Shown here one piece after another: positions 11,448 to 23,136 of a stretch of DNA of 64,000 nt. Location: assembly GCA_951804945.1 (NCBI GenBank), contig OX638159.1, positions 41,416,001 through 41,480,000 of the forward strand, read 5' to 3'. The translations under genes were made by a program, and so were the position numbers. The stretch comes from Podarcis cretensis (lineage: Eukaryota). Numbering within the stretch: position 1 is the first letter of the stretch; each line of letters begins with the position of its first letter. The notes under the pieces were generated by a model. That model saw only the letters and a list, made by a program, of their open reading frames with translations. It ran no database searches and had not been told where the DNA came from.

Positions 11448-11642
11448 CTTCCTGACAGTAAGAGCTGTTCGACAGTGGAATTTGCTGCCAAGAAGTGTGG
11501 TGGAGTCTCCTTCTTTGGAGGTCTTTAAGCAGAGGCTTGACAACCATATGTCAGGAGCGCTCTGATGGTGTTTCCTGCTTGGCAGGGGGTTGGACTCGAT
11601 GGCCCTTGTGGTCTCTTCCAACTCTATGATTCTATGATTCTA
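11448..11642 (+). mobile_element. CR1 LINE 3' end
   Basis: ttcctgacagtaagagctgttcgacagtggaa...gggggttggactcgatggccc...ttccaactctatgattctatgattcta, ending in the (ATTCTATG)n tail. Confidence 0.92.
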
Positions 11643-11725
11643 TTTAGATTAGTTTGGCTTTTATTGTATTGTACGTTGAAAAGTTTCACATTGAATTTTT
11701 TTAAAAAAGAAAATACAGTTACAAC

Positions 11726-11728
11726 AGA

Positions 11729-11765
<37 letters not shown>
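11726..11765. repeat. (CA)n microsatellite
   Basis: Directly visible. Confidence 0.95.
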
Positions 11766-11767
<2 letters not shown>

Positions 11768-12029
11768 AAAAATTAACAGCTAAATGTATTTCTGAGTACA
11801 AACTATTTAGCCAAATGCAGACTTGAATAAACATGTTTTAAAGGTTGGTTGTTTGTTTTTTAAAAAAGAGACCAGCAATGGTGAGGCCACACATGTTGCC
11901 ATTGAGAAATCCCTATAAGCTCTTGCTGGAGGCCCAGAGAAGAGGCTTTCAGATGCTTGGGCCAGCTCATACAGCTGTACTGGTCCTTCAGATAACATCC
12001 CCCAGATGTTATCATTTTAAAGTCAGCAC

Positions 12030-12510
12030 TTTAAAATGGGGGAAAATGGGTGACCAAGTTAACCAGTACACAAGAGGTGAGATAAGATAAGTATGCCCAA
12101 CTTTTGCAAAGGTTCCCACTACCACATTGCTCCACAGTTTCAGTTTCCAAATCCTCTGCAAGAGCAGCTTCAGGCACAGTATTACTGTAATCGAAGATGG
12201 ATTTAACCAGGGGGTGGATCACAGTGGCTAGGAGTGTTTTTCCGAAACTGGGCTGCACTACTGACATAGCCCTTGTCAGTCAAAAGCACTCTTGGCAAGC
12301 AACACCACCTGCAGCTCCCTAGTACCTATTGTGGGAGTGGTCACGGACTGTAGTGTCACCCCATCAGAATCAGATTCAAATCTCCATGCAGATTAGCAGA
12401 TTTCCCCAGCTGCAGTACTTTCCTCTTATCTGGATACAGATCCAGCTTTTCGAGTCCTCTTCCATCTCAGTACTGCCCCCAGATGGCTCAAGGTCTCACC
12501 TGCCTCCCTA
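12030..12510 (-). mobile_element. Degraded L2 ORF2 fragment
   Basis: Minus-strand translation LATVIHPLVKSIFDYSN resembles the L2 ORF2 motif LATVIHALVTSRLDYCN. Confidence 0.7.
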
Positions 12511-12550
12511 GAATTAAATGATGGAAGTTTAACTGCATGCCATCTGTATA

Positions 12551-12792
12551 CAGTGGTACCTCGGGTTACATACGCTTCAGGTTACACGCGCTTCAGGTTA
12601 CAGCCTCTACTAACCCAGAAATAGTGCTTCAGGTTAAGAACTTTGCTTCAGGATGAGAACAGAAATTGTGTGGTGGCGGTGCAGCGGCAGCAGGAGGCCC
12701 CATTAGCTAAAGTGGTGCTTCAGGTTAAGAACAGTTTCAGGTTAAGTACGGACCTCCGGAACGAATTAAGTACTTAACCCGAGGTACCACTG
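12551..12792 (+). mobile_element. Tc1/mariner (pogo/Tigger-type) MITE, family A copy 1
   Basis: TIRs CAGTGGTACCTCGGGTTA / TAACCCGAGGTACCACTG, TA TSD, internal CAGGTTAAG repeats. Confidence 0.92.
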
Positions 12793-13094
12793 TATTGATG
12801 AAGCCTCAGCCCAAACCTCTAAATAACTTCTCCCAGCAGCTTTCTGTAGATGTTGAAAGGCACGAGGGGACAAGATGGGACCCCAGATGTTAGTGAGCAA
12901 AGAGTGGAACAAAAGTCTCCCAGCACAGCACTGTTATGCAGTAAGTCCCTCTGCCGTAATGTTTGGCAAGAGATGAACACATTCCCCACCACCCCTTGTA
13001 GTCAGAGACTGGACATGTTCTGCTTGAATAAGCAAGTCACTTTCAAATGGCCCGCATAAATTCATTAGCTAATCTTTGCATGCTTCCTTTCTAG

Positions 13095-13256
13095 TTTCAG
13101 AAATCCTATCCTGAGGTGTACAAGGAGCGATTTCCTACTCCTGAAAGTGAAGCGGTTCTGTTTCCAGAAAAAAGCAAACAGAGACCGATGCTGTTGGGGT
13201 GGGCATTTAAAAAGCCTTTCCAGCCTTTTCAAAGAACAAGAAGCTTACGGATGTAA
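13095..13256 (+). CDS. DEPDC1B: DEPDC1B last coding exon: [53 protein letters not shown]
   Basis: Acceptor cttcctttctAG at 13093-13094, then 53 codons and TAA at 13254-13256. The C-terminus [14 protein letters not shown] is characteristic of DEPDC1B. Confidence 0.96.
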   Translation, partial: FQKSYPEVYKERFPTPESEAVLFPEKSKQRPMLLGWAFKKPFQPFQRTRSLRM

Positions 13257-13894
13257 GACTCTGAATGAACTGCATCTCATTAATGACCAGATTTGTGAAT
13301 CTGGTACAGCTGGAATTTCGTTGACTACTGAAATCACATTGAACGAGGGAAAAGAATTCTGGGCAGCAAACTGCTGTGCTGAGCCATTATCAGTATTTTT
13401 CTTTTGTAAATCTACTCAGTTGGAGCCAGACTTAGCTATGCTTAAAGTTGACCCATGGAAAACAAGGGGACAAATTAGTCATGATTTCAATAGGCCTATG
13501 GTAATGACTAAAGTCTGGATCCAAGCCTTTGTGTTTCTTTTTTTAAACAATGAGCTGGTTTGATTATCATATCTCAACAACATAAGATCGGAACAAGCTT
13601 TTTGTCTGTGCATGCTGTCCCTTTGGCTCCTCCCTTCAAACGAGCTATAACCAAACAAGGAAGCCTAATTAACCATAGTTTTCTATTTTATCTGAACTGG
13701 GGAGCTGTGGAACTTTGGAAGAGGCTGGGATCTTAAACCAGGGTTTGAAGTTCGCTCAATATCTTGGCTATTTTCAATGATGGTTAATTAAAGACTCCCT
13801 GCTTTAATGACACAAAGGGGGAAGAGTGAAGGGGTTGTGTTCATGGGATAAATGCTCATTTACTGTATATATCAGTTACTACTTGGAGTGAACT

Positions 13895-14160
13895 GGTTGA
13901 CATGACACTAAGCCATACCATGCCTTAGCATGAGCTCATGTGCCTGAGGGTTCCTGGAGAGAAAACTGACCACTGTCCTTCTCTGGTGCTGCTGCTGCTG
14001 CTGCTCTGAGCATGCCATGATTTAGCGTGTCATCTGAACCCAGGTTCATGGCTTGTCTCCTCTAGGCAAACCATGAGCTGGAAACTTAAGAAGAAGCATT
14101 GAGTGGTTTGCCTGGAGTGCAGTGGCAGCAATCTCTCTGGAAACCTTCATGCTTACTTTG
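13895..14160. mobile_element. Old internally palindromic dispersed repeat in the DEPDC1B 3' UTR
   Basis: acatgacactaagcc...gccatgattt...ctgaacccaggttcatgg aligns by eye with 41065-41260. Confidence 0.5.
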
Positions 14161-14292
14161 GAAAGCCTTAAAAGAAGCCTAAACTACTGTGTATATAGGC
14201 AATGTTGAATTTCTGAAGGGTGTAAAGTACTGTAATTACTTGAATGAACCTGAAACACTGGATAATTGTACTAGCTGTAGATCAGATAGTTA

Positions 14293-14298
14293 ATTAAA
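14293..14298 (+). promoter_or_regulatory. Candidate poly(A) signal (ATTAAA) of DEPDC1B, giving a 3' UTR of about 1.05 kb
   Basis: ATTAAA with several upstream TGTA motifs (14221-14280), CA dinucleotides about 20 nt downstream and a GT-rich tract (gcttgtgtccttggtc). An alternative AATAAA lies at 15071. Confidence 0.5.
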
Positions 14299-15668
14299 CT
14301 TTGTACTACTGATTTCAACAACAAGCTTGTGTCCTTGGTCACAGGCATGATGAAGAACAGCCATTTCAGAAAGGGACCTTGTGGTGCAGGATCATGCCTT
14401 CAGGTGCTCTGCATGTGATCTCGATTGTAGAGCTAGGCCAACCATGGAGAAATATTTTGGTCTTAGTTGGGGGGGGGGGCAGCGAGCGTTGTGGTGCCCC
14501 CTGCCTCTTGCTTGCACAGCTACTGGTGTTTTTTTGCCACAGTCTGGAAAGTCGCTTTCTACAGTTTTTGTCTCACGAACTCCTGCGTTCTTTCTCGCCC
14601 ATGTAGGGCTTGTGTGGGTGCTGTCCTTGGGGAGAAGATGGCCACACACTTGAAACAAACCTATTGCTACAGAGACACCCCTTCCAGTTTGTACCTTTTG
14701 GTGCAGAAAACCCAACAGGAGCATATCATGATTGATGAATGGGTTCCAGCTCTTCTAAGCTGGCATTCCTAACATAAAGACATGCAGGTTTAATCCTGCT
14801 TCCACTCCTCCAAGGTGCTCAGGCCCACAAAATTGTGTCTCCCCCCCCCAACCCTTTATCATTGCAACAGCCCTGTGAGGTAGGTTAGGCTGAGAGAGAG
14901 AGAGAGAGAGAGAACACACGCAAGCAATAGGTCCAAGGTCACCTAGTGAGTTTCATGGTTGAGCACTAACTTGAATGTGGATCCTTCAGCTCTGTCTCTG
15001 TGTGTTCATACTGTAAATGTAACACTTTTGAATGTACCCCAAGATGCTGCACTTCTGAAACATTTCAAGGAATAAATCTTCCATGGTTTAAAGGGTTTTT
15101 TCTTCAGGCCCATTTTTATCTCACACTTCATGGGAGGGAGAATTTCCTGCTGAACTTTGTTGGCTTGCTTAGACAAAACTTGCAGCTGGTCCCCTTCGAG
15201 CTGAGCCATGCCTGCACTCCTAAGCACATATTCTAGAAATTAACTCTGTTGATTTACTTCCAGGTAAACTTAGCGCTGAGTTGCAATGGAGGCAGAGGAA
15301 CCAACGTCATTTACAATATAGCAATTTTGTGAATAAGCTTTTTTTTTTTTGAGAAACCCCTTGCTCGCTGGATAAGGGACTCAAAGCAATTTCTTCAGCC
15401 TCTTTTCAGTGTGTCATTGTGTTCAGTAGCTCGAGGCGTGATACCAAAACATTACCCCCTACTCGGCACAAATCCCAACTTGATTTACTGACAAGAGGCA
15501 CTACAAGAGGGCATGTGCTATTCCATTGAATATTTCTACCTGCTAGAAAACTGACCCACGGCAAAGATCTATTTTCGCTTATTATTGGATGGTTTGTCTC
15601 CTCTCTCCCATTCTGTGGTAGGTCACTCATTTTTTCCTGAGAATGAGTCTTCCCTTTAAAGGTCTGTT

Positions 15669-15808
15669 GCAGGAAGTGAGGAACCTGTGGTCCTCTAGAT
15701 GTTGCTGGACTCTCAAAATCCGTCAGCTCCAGTCAACACAGCCAATGGTCTGGGATGATAGAAGTTGGGAGTGCAACAGCGTCTGGAGGACCACAGGTTC
15801 CCTATCTA
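15669..15808. mobile_element. Older palindromic hAT-like MITE
   Basis: Inverted arms ggaacctgtggtcctctagatgttgctg / cagcgtctggaggaccacaggttcc. Related relics lie near 24520, 26710, 28030, 32020 and 49060. Confidence 0.7.
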
Positions 15809-15818
15809 CCATCTAGTC

Positions 15819-15953
15819 CAGTGTCCCAAACTTGGGTCTCCAGCTGTTTTTGGACTATAGTTCCCATCATCCCCGACCACTGATCTTGCTAGCGAGGCAT
15901 GATGGGAGTTGTAGTTCAAAAAATAGCCGGAGACCCAAGTTTGGGAAACACTG
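15819..15953. mobile_element. hAT MITE (135 bp, near-perfect hairpin)
   Basis: TIRs CAGTGT-CCCAAACTTGGGTCTCC / GGAGACCCAAGTTTGGGAAACACTG; perfect 8-bp TSD ATCTAGTC (15811-15818, 15954-15961). Confidence 0.92.
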
Positions 15954-16031
15954 ATCTAGTCTATCCAACAGTGGCTTAAAACTAGCAGAAAGCCTTCTGC
16001 AAGGCAAAAGGGGTAGGGAGAAAGAGAAAAG

Positions 16032-16033
<2 letters not shown>

Positions 16034-16075
<42 letters not shown>
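16034..16075. repeat. (GA)n microsatellite
   Basis: Directly visible; a shorter (GA)n is at 14892-14912. Confidence 0.95.
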
Positions 16076-16078
<3 letters not shown>

Positions 16079-17393
16079 TTATTGTGGCACCTATAATTTC
16101 TTGTTGCAGAAGCTTATTGTCAAAAGACTGTGTCTGACAGCAAACAGGGCACAACCGGCCCTCTGGAATTTGTTTTGCTATGGGTATGAACTTCTATATG
16201 AGAGAAACTAGTTTTCTGCTGGCCACTAGGCTTGTCAGGCCCTGCTCAAACCAGTACAAGGATGTTGGGACTGGCTGAAGCTCTAGAAGCACCCAATATG
16301 GTAGGAGGTAATATTGTAAGTCTCTTTGCGTCTGATGTTCTGTTCTGTTCCCCCACCGCCTCCGTCTTTATAATCATTTTGTTTCCAGGTGTGCTAAATG
16401 CTGTCCTGGCATTTTTGGCGAACCTAGTGCTAAACGTCATCATGATCTATTGCAAAGATCCATCGTTGGGTTACTTATAATGCTGATGTGTCAAGAAAAT
16501 TATGTAAGCAGGAGCCGTCACATGGCACTTCCAGTTCATTGATTCAGGGAATAGTTGCTGGCCAGAGGCTCTCTTTACGTGATTAACCTCCTGGGCAATG
16601 TCAGTTTTTTTGCCCCAGAATACGTTGGCTGTGAACCTGCATGATGGAACGAGGGAGGATGCTTTTGAAGCTCAATCTCAAATATAGGTATGTATATTTT
16701 TGGTTTATTTTGAGGAGTTCTGTTCAGTGCATGAAAACTTACGGTGCAATCAAAACTCTTTCCAGCAGAGGTCAGTCCCGTGGCAGCTCACAGTAGCAAC
16801 TAAAGTAGAGATGTGCGTGCATAACCTCAATGAAAGAGGTAGAAGCTACATACATAGTGGCATCGCTTAGCTTTCTGATGCCCCGTGCTACTAATATATT
16901 GGGTATTTAGAGACTGAAAGTGGAAAAAAATAAAGATATCCCTTGCCACTTGTTTAAGAGTGGTCACTCCTCATTATAACATTTCGGTTTATTTTTAACT
17001 TCTTATTTATGTATCACAGAAATAGTCCTAGCCAACAAAAGAGCTTTAATTTAAAATAACAAAATATTAACCAGCTGCAGAATAAGTTGTGCCTCAAAAT
17101 GCAGCTGTGATTCCCGCATTGCAGAGCGTGGGGCTCGATGACCTTTGGAATCCCTTCCAGCTCTTGATGCTATGATGTTTCAAACGATAAATAGAAAAAC
17201 AGGCTTTCAGGCATTTAGAATGTTATTCATTTATTTATTTGCTTGCTTGCTTGCTTGCTTGTGGCCCTTTTATGTAAAGTGTAAATGACTCTATACATGT
17301 TTACTGAGAAGTAAGCCCCACTGAGTTCAATAGGTGTTACTAGAGATAGAGGAGAAAGAAAAATCTGCCTATGTAGGTAACAAAGATATGTAA

Positions 17394-17749
17394 AGGTAAA
17401 GGTACCCCTGCCCGTACGGGCCAGTCTCGACAGACTCTAGGGTTGTGCGCCCATCTCACTCTATAGGCCGGGAGCCAGCGCTGCCCGCAGACACTTCTGG
17501 GTCATGTGGCCAGCGTGACAAGCTGCATCTGGCGAGCCAGCGCAGCACACGGAAACGCCGTTTACCTTCCCGCTAGTAAGCGGTCCCTATTTATCTACTT
17601 GCACCCGGGGGTGCTTTCGAACTGCTAGGTTGGCAGGCGCTGGGACCGAACGACGGGAGCGCAGCCCGCCGCGGGGATTCGAACCGCTGACCATGCGATC
17701 AGCAAGTCCTAGGCGCTAAGGTTTTACCCACAGCGCCACCCGCGTCCCT
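17394..17749 (-). mobile_element. Full-length Sauria SINE, young CpG-rich subfamily
   Basis: The minus strand starts gggacgcgggtggcgctgtggg and ends in (ACCTTT)n. TSD GTAACAAAGATATGTAA at 17377-17393 and 17750-17766. Confidence 0.94.
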
Positions 17750-18351
17750 GTAACAAAGATATGTAATGTAATGCAAATATGTAATGCATTAATAATGGGT
17801 AGACTTACAGATTTTAACACACAAACACCGCATTTTGTTTGTTGCCTCGTCTGCTTTGCATTATTAGGGAAAACACTACTTATAATAAAACAATTCATTT
17901 ATTTATTCCTGGCTGTTCCACAGATGCAATCAATTTTACATTGGCCTTGTTGAGAACGCTGTCTCTTGGCCAGCCGTAAACAATGTTCTCAGGGAAGGTG
18001 GAAGGTGTTGCAATTTGTTTTGATGCTGAGTAATACGAATACTTCCGTTGCTTGTCTTATTAGCACATACGCTCTCGACCTTGCCGTCCTTTCCTCCCGC
18101 TATACGGCTCATTAGGATAAGAAGCTTTTTATCAAGTACCTACAGCATTATAAAAACAAGGTCATTGTGGAGATGACATCAATACATAACAACACTCAGA
18201 TGTAATTGACTCTCTTCAAGTTTTGAAGAGGAAATTGGTACAGGCCGATTTGGCGGCAGGGAAACTTCCTCGCATGAAGGTCTGTATCTGAGGTTTACCA
18301 CCATCTGATTGCTGTGATTATTAAAGTGGATTTTATTTCTTTTTTTGTTTA

Positions 18352-19006
18352 TGTCGTGGAGGGGGTAGTTTGATCCCGAAGAGGACTGGGAAGAGCACAG
18401 TTAGCTGGAGCTGGGGAGCATCCTAGCAGAGATTGGGAAAGCATCAGTGGGACATGACCAAGAAGGGTCAGGGAAGGAGCATGGAGGATGGTGAGTTAGT
18501 TCCTGGGGAGGGACCAAGCAGGTTGGCAGAGAAGCATTCTGCTCTAGTGACACGGGACACAGCTAGTTAGATCCCTCCTGTCATAGAACCATAGAGGCCG
18601 CTGAGATTGAATCTGACGCCAAACAGGCATTGACTCCATCTCCACCTCCTAGGACACAGAGACACCAGAACTGACACAAATGGACCTTGCAAGCTCAGCC
18701 CAGCTGTAGTTTCAGTTTGCTTGCCCCGTCTTGGGATTCTGGCTGGCATAAGGAAGGTGCAGGAAGCATGTTATTTGATGGATCAACACCTTAGCTTGCT
18801 CCCGGACGTGTATTCTCCTGCACTCCTGCTGTACCTTGTAATTGTGCCTTGCTTATGCACAGCTCTGATTTAAGCATTAAAGTCTTTGGCAGAAACCTTT
18901 GGGAGTTTGAGTTCTTCATCTGGCAGTGAGGGCCAGGACAATATTGATTGAATTTACATCCTTTGCTTCCTCCCACAAATCCAAGAGCTTTCCTATCTTC
19001 TTAACA
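18352..19006 (+). mobile_element. Possible degraded solo LTR
   Basis: Starts TGTCGTGGA, has a purine-rich first half like the 7738 and 50660 LTRs, and ATTAAA near 18876. No TSD found and the 3' end is uncertain. Confidence 0.35.
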
Positions 19007-19776
19007 GCCCCACAGCTACAGATGAGCTGATCTTCCCTGTTTATTTACTTTGTTGTTCCATGCATATTTTAATGGGGATTTATTGTATTTTAATTGTAAA
19101 CTGCTGAGGAAATGTGGGGAACTGAATTTAAAATGGAACAGGATGTTCCATCCCATCCTACACCTTGTGTTGAAGGGGGAAATAGTAACAGCGACAGAGG
19201 CTGTCTGGTACAAGGAACTCATGGTTAAAGTCAGAATATTTATGACTTGTGCATTCCATCAACGTTTCTTAAGGCCTTACTTATGAGCAGGAAAGGACAT
19301 CCCTCATCATTCAAAACTGTTCATTGCTCAGACTTACTGACAGTTTGCTTTTGATCTCTGCTATTAGCCATTCACTTTACATACAAGAAACCATTTGGAA
19401 TTCAGCTCTTGAATAATTTGCTGCAGCTTTGGGACGATTACAAAGAAAATGGTTTGAGAATTGGAGCCTTACGACCCGCCTTGTGTGCATTTATTCAAGA
19501 GCATGCCCTACTGTTTTCATTGCGATTGCAGTCCTAGGATGACCTGGGTGAGTCCCATTGAAACAAATGGACACTATGTGACGTTGATCCCTGGTTGGTT
19601 ATAATCTTGGAGTATCAATTTTCTCATGGAGTGTGATGGAAATTTGAATCCAGATAAGTACAAAATGTTGAAAATGGTTCTCCCTTTTCGTATATCTAGA
19701 TTGTGTGGGGTGGAGTGGGGATGGATGTGGGTGGGCCTCTTCAGATGCAGCAATTTATTCCCATAGGCTGACTTCT

Positions 19777-19915
19777 CATAGAATTGTAGAGTTGGAAGGG
19801 GCCATGAGGGTTATCTAGTCCAACCCCCTGCATTACAGGAATCTTTTGCCCAACATGGGGCTTGAACCCACAACCCTGAGATTAAGAGTCTTGTGCTCTA
19901 CAAACTGAGCTAGCC
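19777..19915 (-). mobile_element. SINE with tRNA-Lys(CTT)-derived head and CR1 3' tail
   Basis: The minus strand reads ggctagctcagtttgtagagcacaagactCTTaatctcagggttgtgggttcaagccccatgttgggc, then gattcctgtaatgcagggggttggactagat...ccttccaactctacaattctatg. Confidence 0.85.
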
Positions 19916-19924
19916 TTCTCAAGT

Positions 19925-20270
19925 AAGGATGGGTGAATCTGTCAATTTCAGTTTCTCAAATCCTTTTTTTTTTTAGTCCTCATGAAAGCCCTCATGTGAT
20001 TTTTCTCCCAATATATACATTTTTGTTTGCAATTTTGCATAATCTACAGTTTCCTCATATATAATGCTTTTTCGTCTGTTACTTTCATAAATATATGCAT
20101 TTTAAGGCATGCTTTATCTAGTACATGCATTTTATTCAATACATTACTTGTTTGGAGAAGTGCAAATTTTGATGGGTGTTTGTGTTCTAGTTTGTATATT
20201 GTTTCAGAAAGTGTGTAATAGGTAGATTTGCCTTTACATGAAAACTGAATCACATTTCTGCCCCAGTTCT
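19925..20270 (+). mobile_element. Old AT-rich dispersed repeat, probably a non-autonomous DNA transposon (family B)
   Basis: Shares tgcaaattt-ga-gg-tg-ctgtgtt...gaaagtgtg-a-taggtag-tt-gcctt-a-atg-aaactgaatc with 27340-27590, 54610-54970, 55970-56260 and 59248-59670 (-). Confidence 0.65.
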
Positions 20271-20904
20271 AGATTTGAATGGGCTCAGCAAGAATCTCAA
20301 AGCCCCTGTGTACATACTCATCTTCAGACCTTTACACTGAAAATCAGTCTTTGTATAACTACTATGTGTCTGTACTTAAAAAGACCACTCTCTGGTGTCT
20401 TGTCCACCCCACTTCTCCCCATCCAGCAGCAGGGAGCAAAAACCACACAGAGAGAGTCCTCTGGAATCCTTACCTGCCTCTATTAGCAGGTGAAAGGAAA
20501 TATCTAGAAATGGAGAGGGATGACTCACATATTGGAGTCCTTGGACAATGCACCCATTGAGACTATTTTTAAAATAATATATAATTTAAAGAAACCCAGC
20601 ACGGAACCCATCCCATACGTTGTGGAAACGAGACCAAACAAAACAAAACATTATGCAAGAGTCGATCTTGTTCCAGGTCTAGGCTTATTATAATTAAGCA
20701 TAAATACTTAAAAGGTCAACAGACTTGAATCCTTTCCTCCTTCTTGTCAGATACTTTAACTGAACATTTATTTTAAAGGCAAAAGGGATGGACTGTTCAA
20801 CTGCAACACCTATAAGGGACAGAGGATGTGGCTGGGATCCAAAGAGAGAGGCCCAAGCACACCTGGACCACTCCTTTCAGATGCAGCAATGATGACTTCA
20901 GAGG

Positions 20905-20975
20905 AAGGGCCGTGGGTAGCTCAGTGGTAGAGCATCAGCCATGTCCCAGGTTCAAGGCTCAGCATCTCCAGAAAA
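20905..20975 (+). mobile_element. Degraded tRNA-derived SINE head
   Basis: gtagctcagtggtagagcat (A box)...ccaggttcaa (B box)...gcatctccag. Related minus-strand relics lie near 27700, 30300-30430 and 45570-45710. Confidence 0.6.
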
Positions 20976-21529
20976 GGCTGAAATGTTGGAGAGCTGAAAT
21001 GTTGGAGAGCAGGACGTAAGGAAAGGCTTACAAAGCAAAACAAAAGCATTATCTTTATTTTAAAATTCCTCCATCAGAAGTTGGCTTAAGGGAAGGCTCT
21101 AGACACTTTAAGAATTACCATGCTTTGCCTTTCCTGTTTATAAACGTTTGAGGACTTTAATAAAAATAAATAAATCACCCACCAAAGTATCTTCCTCATG
21201 TAAGGAGCAATGTAATAACAGAGGTCTGGTCACATTGACAGTAAGATTACAGAAGAATCCACTGACCCAGGCCTGCAGAACAACCAAAAGTTAACTATTT
21301 TGCCACTCCATGATTTCAGTAGGAGAGTTAGGCTGAACTCCTTGCCATGTTTACATGAAAGTATATTCTGCTGGCCACAAGGTGGGTGGGGTTGCTTTCA
21401 AGTAATCATGCATGGGATTGCACTGTAAAGCATATTCATTTTATTTGTATGTATTATATGTTTACTTCCCTCCCAGCAACAACATATTGACATTCTTAAT
21501 CACTTTTTTGTTTTGTTTTTAGTTTTTAA

Positions 21530-21730
21530 AAAGCTACAGTTCCCCGAGTGGTTTAACAAACAATGCTGCTTTCGAGGGAACTCTGTGAATTGTACTATGT
21601 GAGAGGAATAGGGGCCTTTTAACAACTCTCAGCACCCTAACAAACTACAGTTCCCAGAATTCTTTGGGGGAAGCCATGGCAGTTTAAAGTGGTATTATAG
21701 CATTTTAAATGGATGGTGTGATTGTGGCCT
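21530..21730. mobile_element. Palindromic MITE-like repeat (aaactacagttcccag family)
   Basis: Shares aaactacagttcccagaattctttggggaagccatggc...taaagtgg with 37330-37495 and 28490-28580 (reverse). Confidence 0.6.
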
Positions 21731-22894
21731 TGTTGGGCCTTCCTTTTCTTCCAAGCCTCTGATTGGTTCTCAGAACCAGAAGCCACTTGTATTCCTTTTC
21801 CTTAATTATTACAGCTGCCTCAGTGACTCTAACAAAGAGAATCACCCTGCAGTAACAGTATATGCTGTAGTTGAGCCAGAGGGGTTGGCAAGCTTTCAGT
21901 AAGAACTGCTACTTAACAAAGGAACTTAATCTTTGCTTTAATAGAAACCAAAACTGAGGCCTAGAGCTTCTAACAGCAGGCAGCCATCCTATCAAATACA
22001 CAGACAACATCCAGGGGTGACATCTTTCTCTCTTGCCTCTGGAAGGCGCAAGGCCCCTCCTACAGCTATGAACTTGTTCCTTTTCCCTGCACCATTGCAT
22101 GTGCTTTATCACAACACAGACAATAAACAAATTGACTCCTGCACAGTGAGCATCTTTCTGAAGCAAGCAATTTTCAGAAGAAAAGCAGCAGAAAAGCACA
22201 GGTGAACAATTATCCCATCAAGCTCTCATTTTAGCAACTGTCTTCCTTTAACATTTTCCAGGATGTGAAAAGGTGAGTGGGAAAACACCTGAAAAATATA
22301 GAATATTGATGAATGAGGAATGCATTTCTGTGCTTTGCTGATATACACTATTGGATATGCTATTGAAAAAAACAGTGTTGTGTTTTGTCACACATATTTG
22401 ACTGCCACTTTGATATTGTTCTGTTTGTTTTGCTAGTGTTACATGATAAAATTTTAAACCATAACGCTCTTCTGAGTTTGAGAGGTGGGGTCAGTCTGGA
22501 TGATACCCTGAGTCCCTTCTAGTTATTGGAATCCTGTATCTGTGAGAGTAGAATGTATAAGAACAAGCTTGCCAAGCCAGTTCCTCTATTACGGTAATGC
22601 TTTTGGTTAGTTAAGTAGCATAAACAAAGAAGTTGTTCTGTGCCATAGAACAAATGGGTGGGCCTTCCCCCCAACCTCTGCTCATTCAGCAGTTAGGTAG
22701 GAGAGCAAAAGCCACTGCTGTTGATATGGGTTGGAAGCAGGCCTGAAACTGGATACAGAGACATTCTTGATCTGTACTGGGCTTTGGGGCTCCCCTGGAA
22801 GCTTAATGGGGAAGCAAGATCTCCTGGGGTGTTAATGCTTAGAGCCCCTCCATCTTGTTCTCGGGTTGTATATATGTGTAAATAAAACAATATA

Positions 22895-23136
22895 CAGTGG
22901 TACCTCGGGTTACATACGCTTCAAGCTACATACGCTTCAGTTTACACACTCCGCTAAACTAGAAATAGTGCTTCAGGTTAAGAACTTTGCTTCAGGGTGG
23001 GAACAGAAATCGGGCTCCGGCAGCGCGGCGGCAGCAGGAGGCCCCATTAGCTAAAGTGGTGCTTCAGGATAAGAACAGTTTCAGGTTAAGTATGGACCTC
23101 CAGAACAAATTAAGTACTTAACCCGAGGTACCACTG
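22895..23136 (+). mobile_element. Tc1/mariner MITE, family A copy 2
   Basis: Same TIRs as the 12551 copy; TA TSD. Confidence 0.92.

Noticed and set aside
13147-13563. 138-aa ORF overlapping the last DEPDC1B exon
   Set aside because: It starts at GTG, is shifted +1 from the real coding frame, runs into the 3' UTR and has no recognisable protein similarity.
19850-19915. Functional tRNA-Lys gene
   Set aside because: It lacks the 5' acceptor-stem bases, has several substitutions and is fused to a CR1 tail, so it is a SINE. The same applies to the Ile-like heads at 24578 and 46400.
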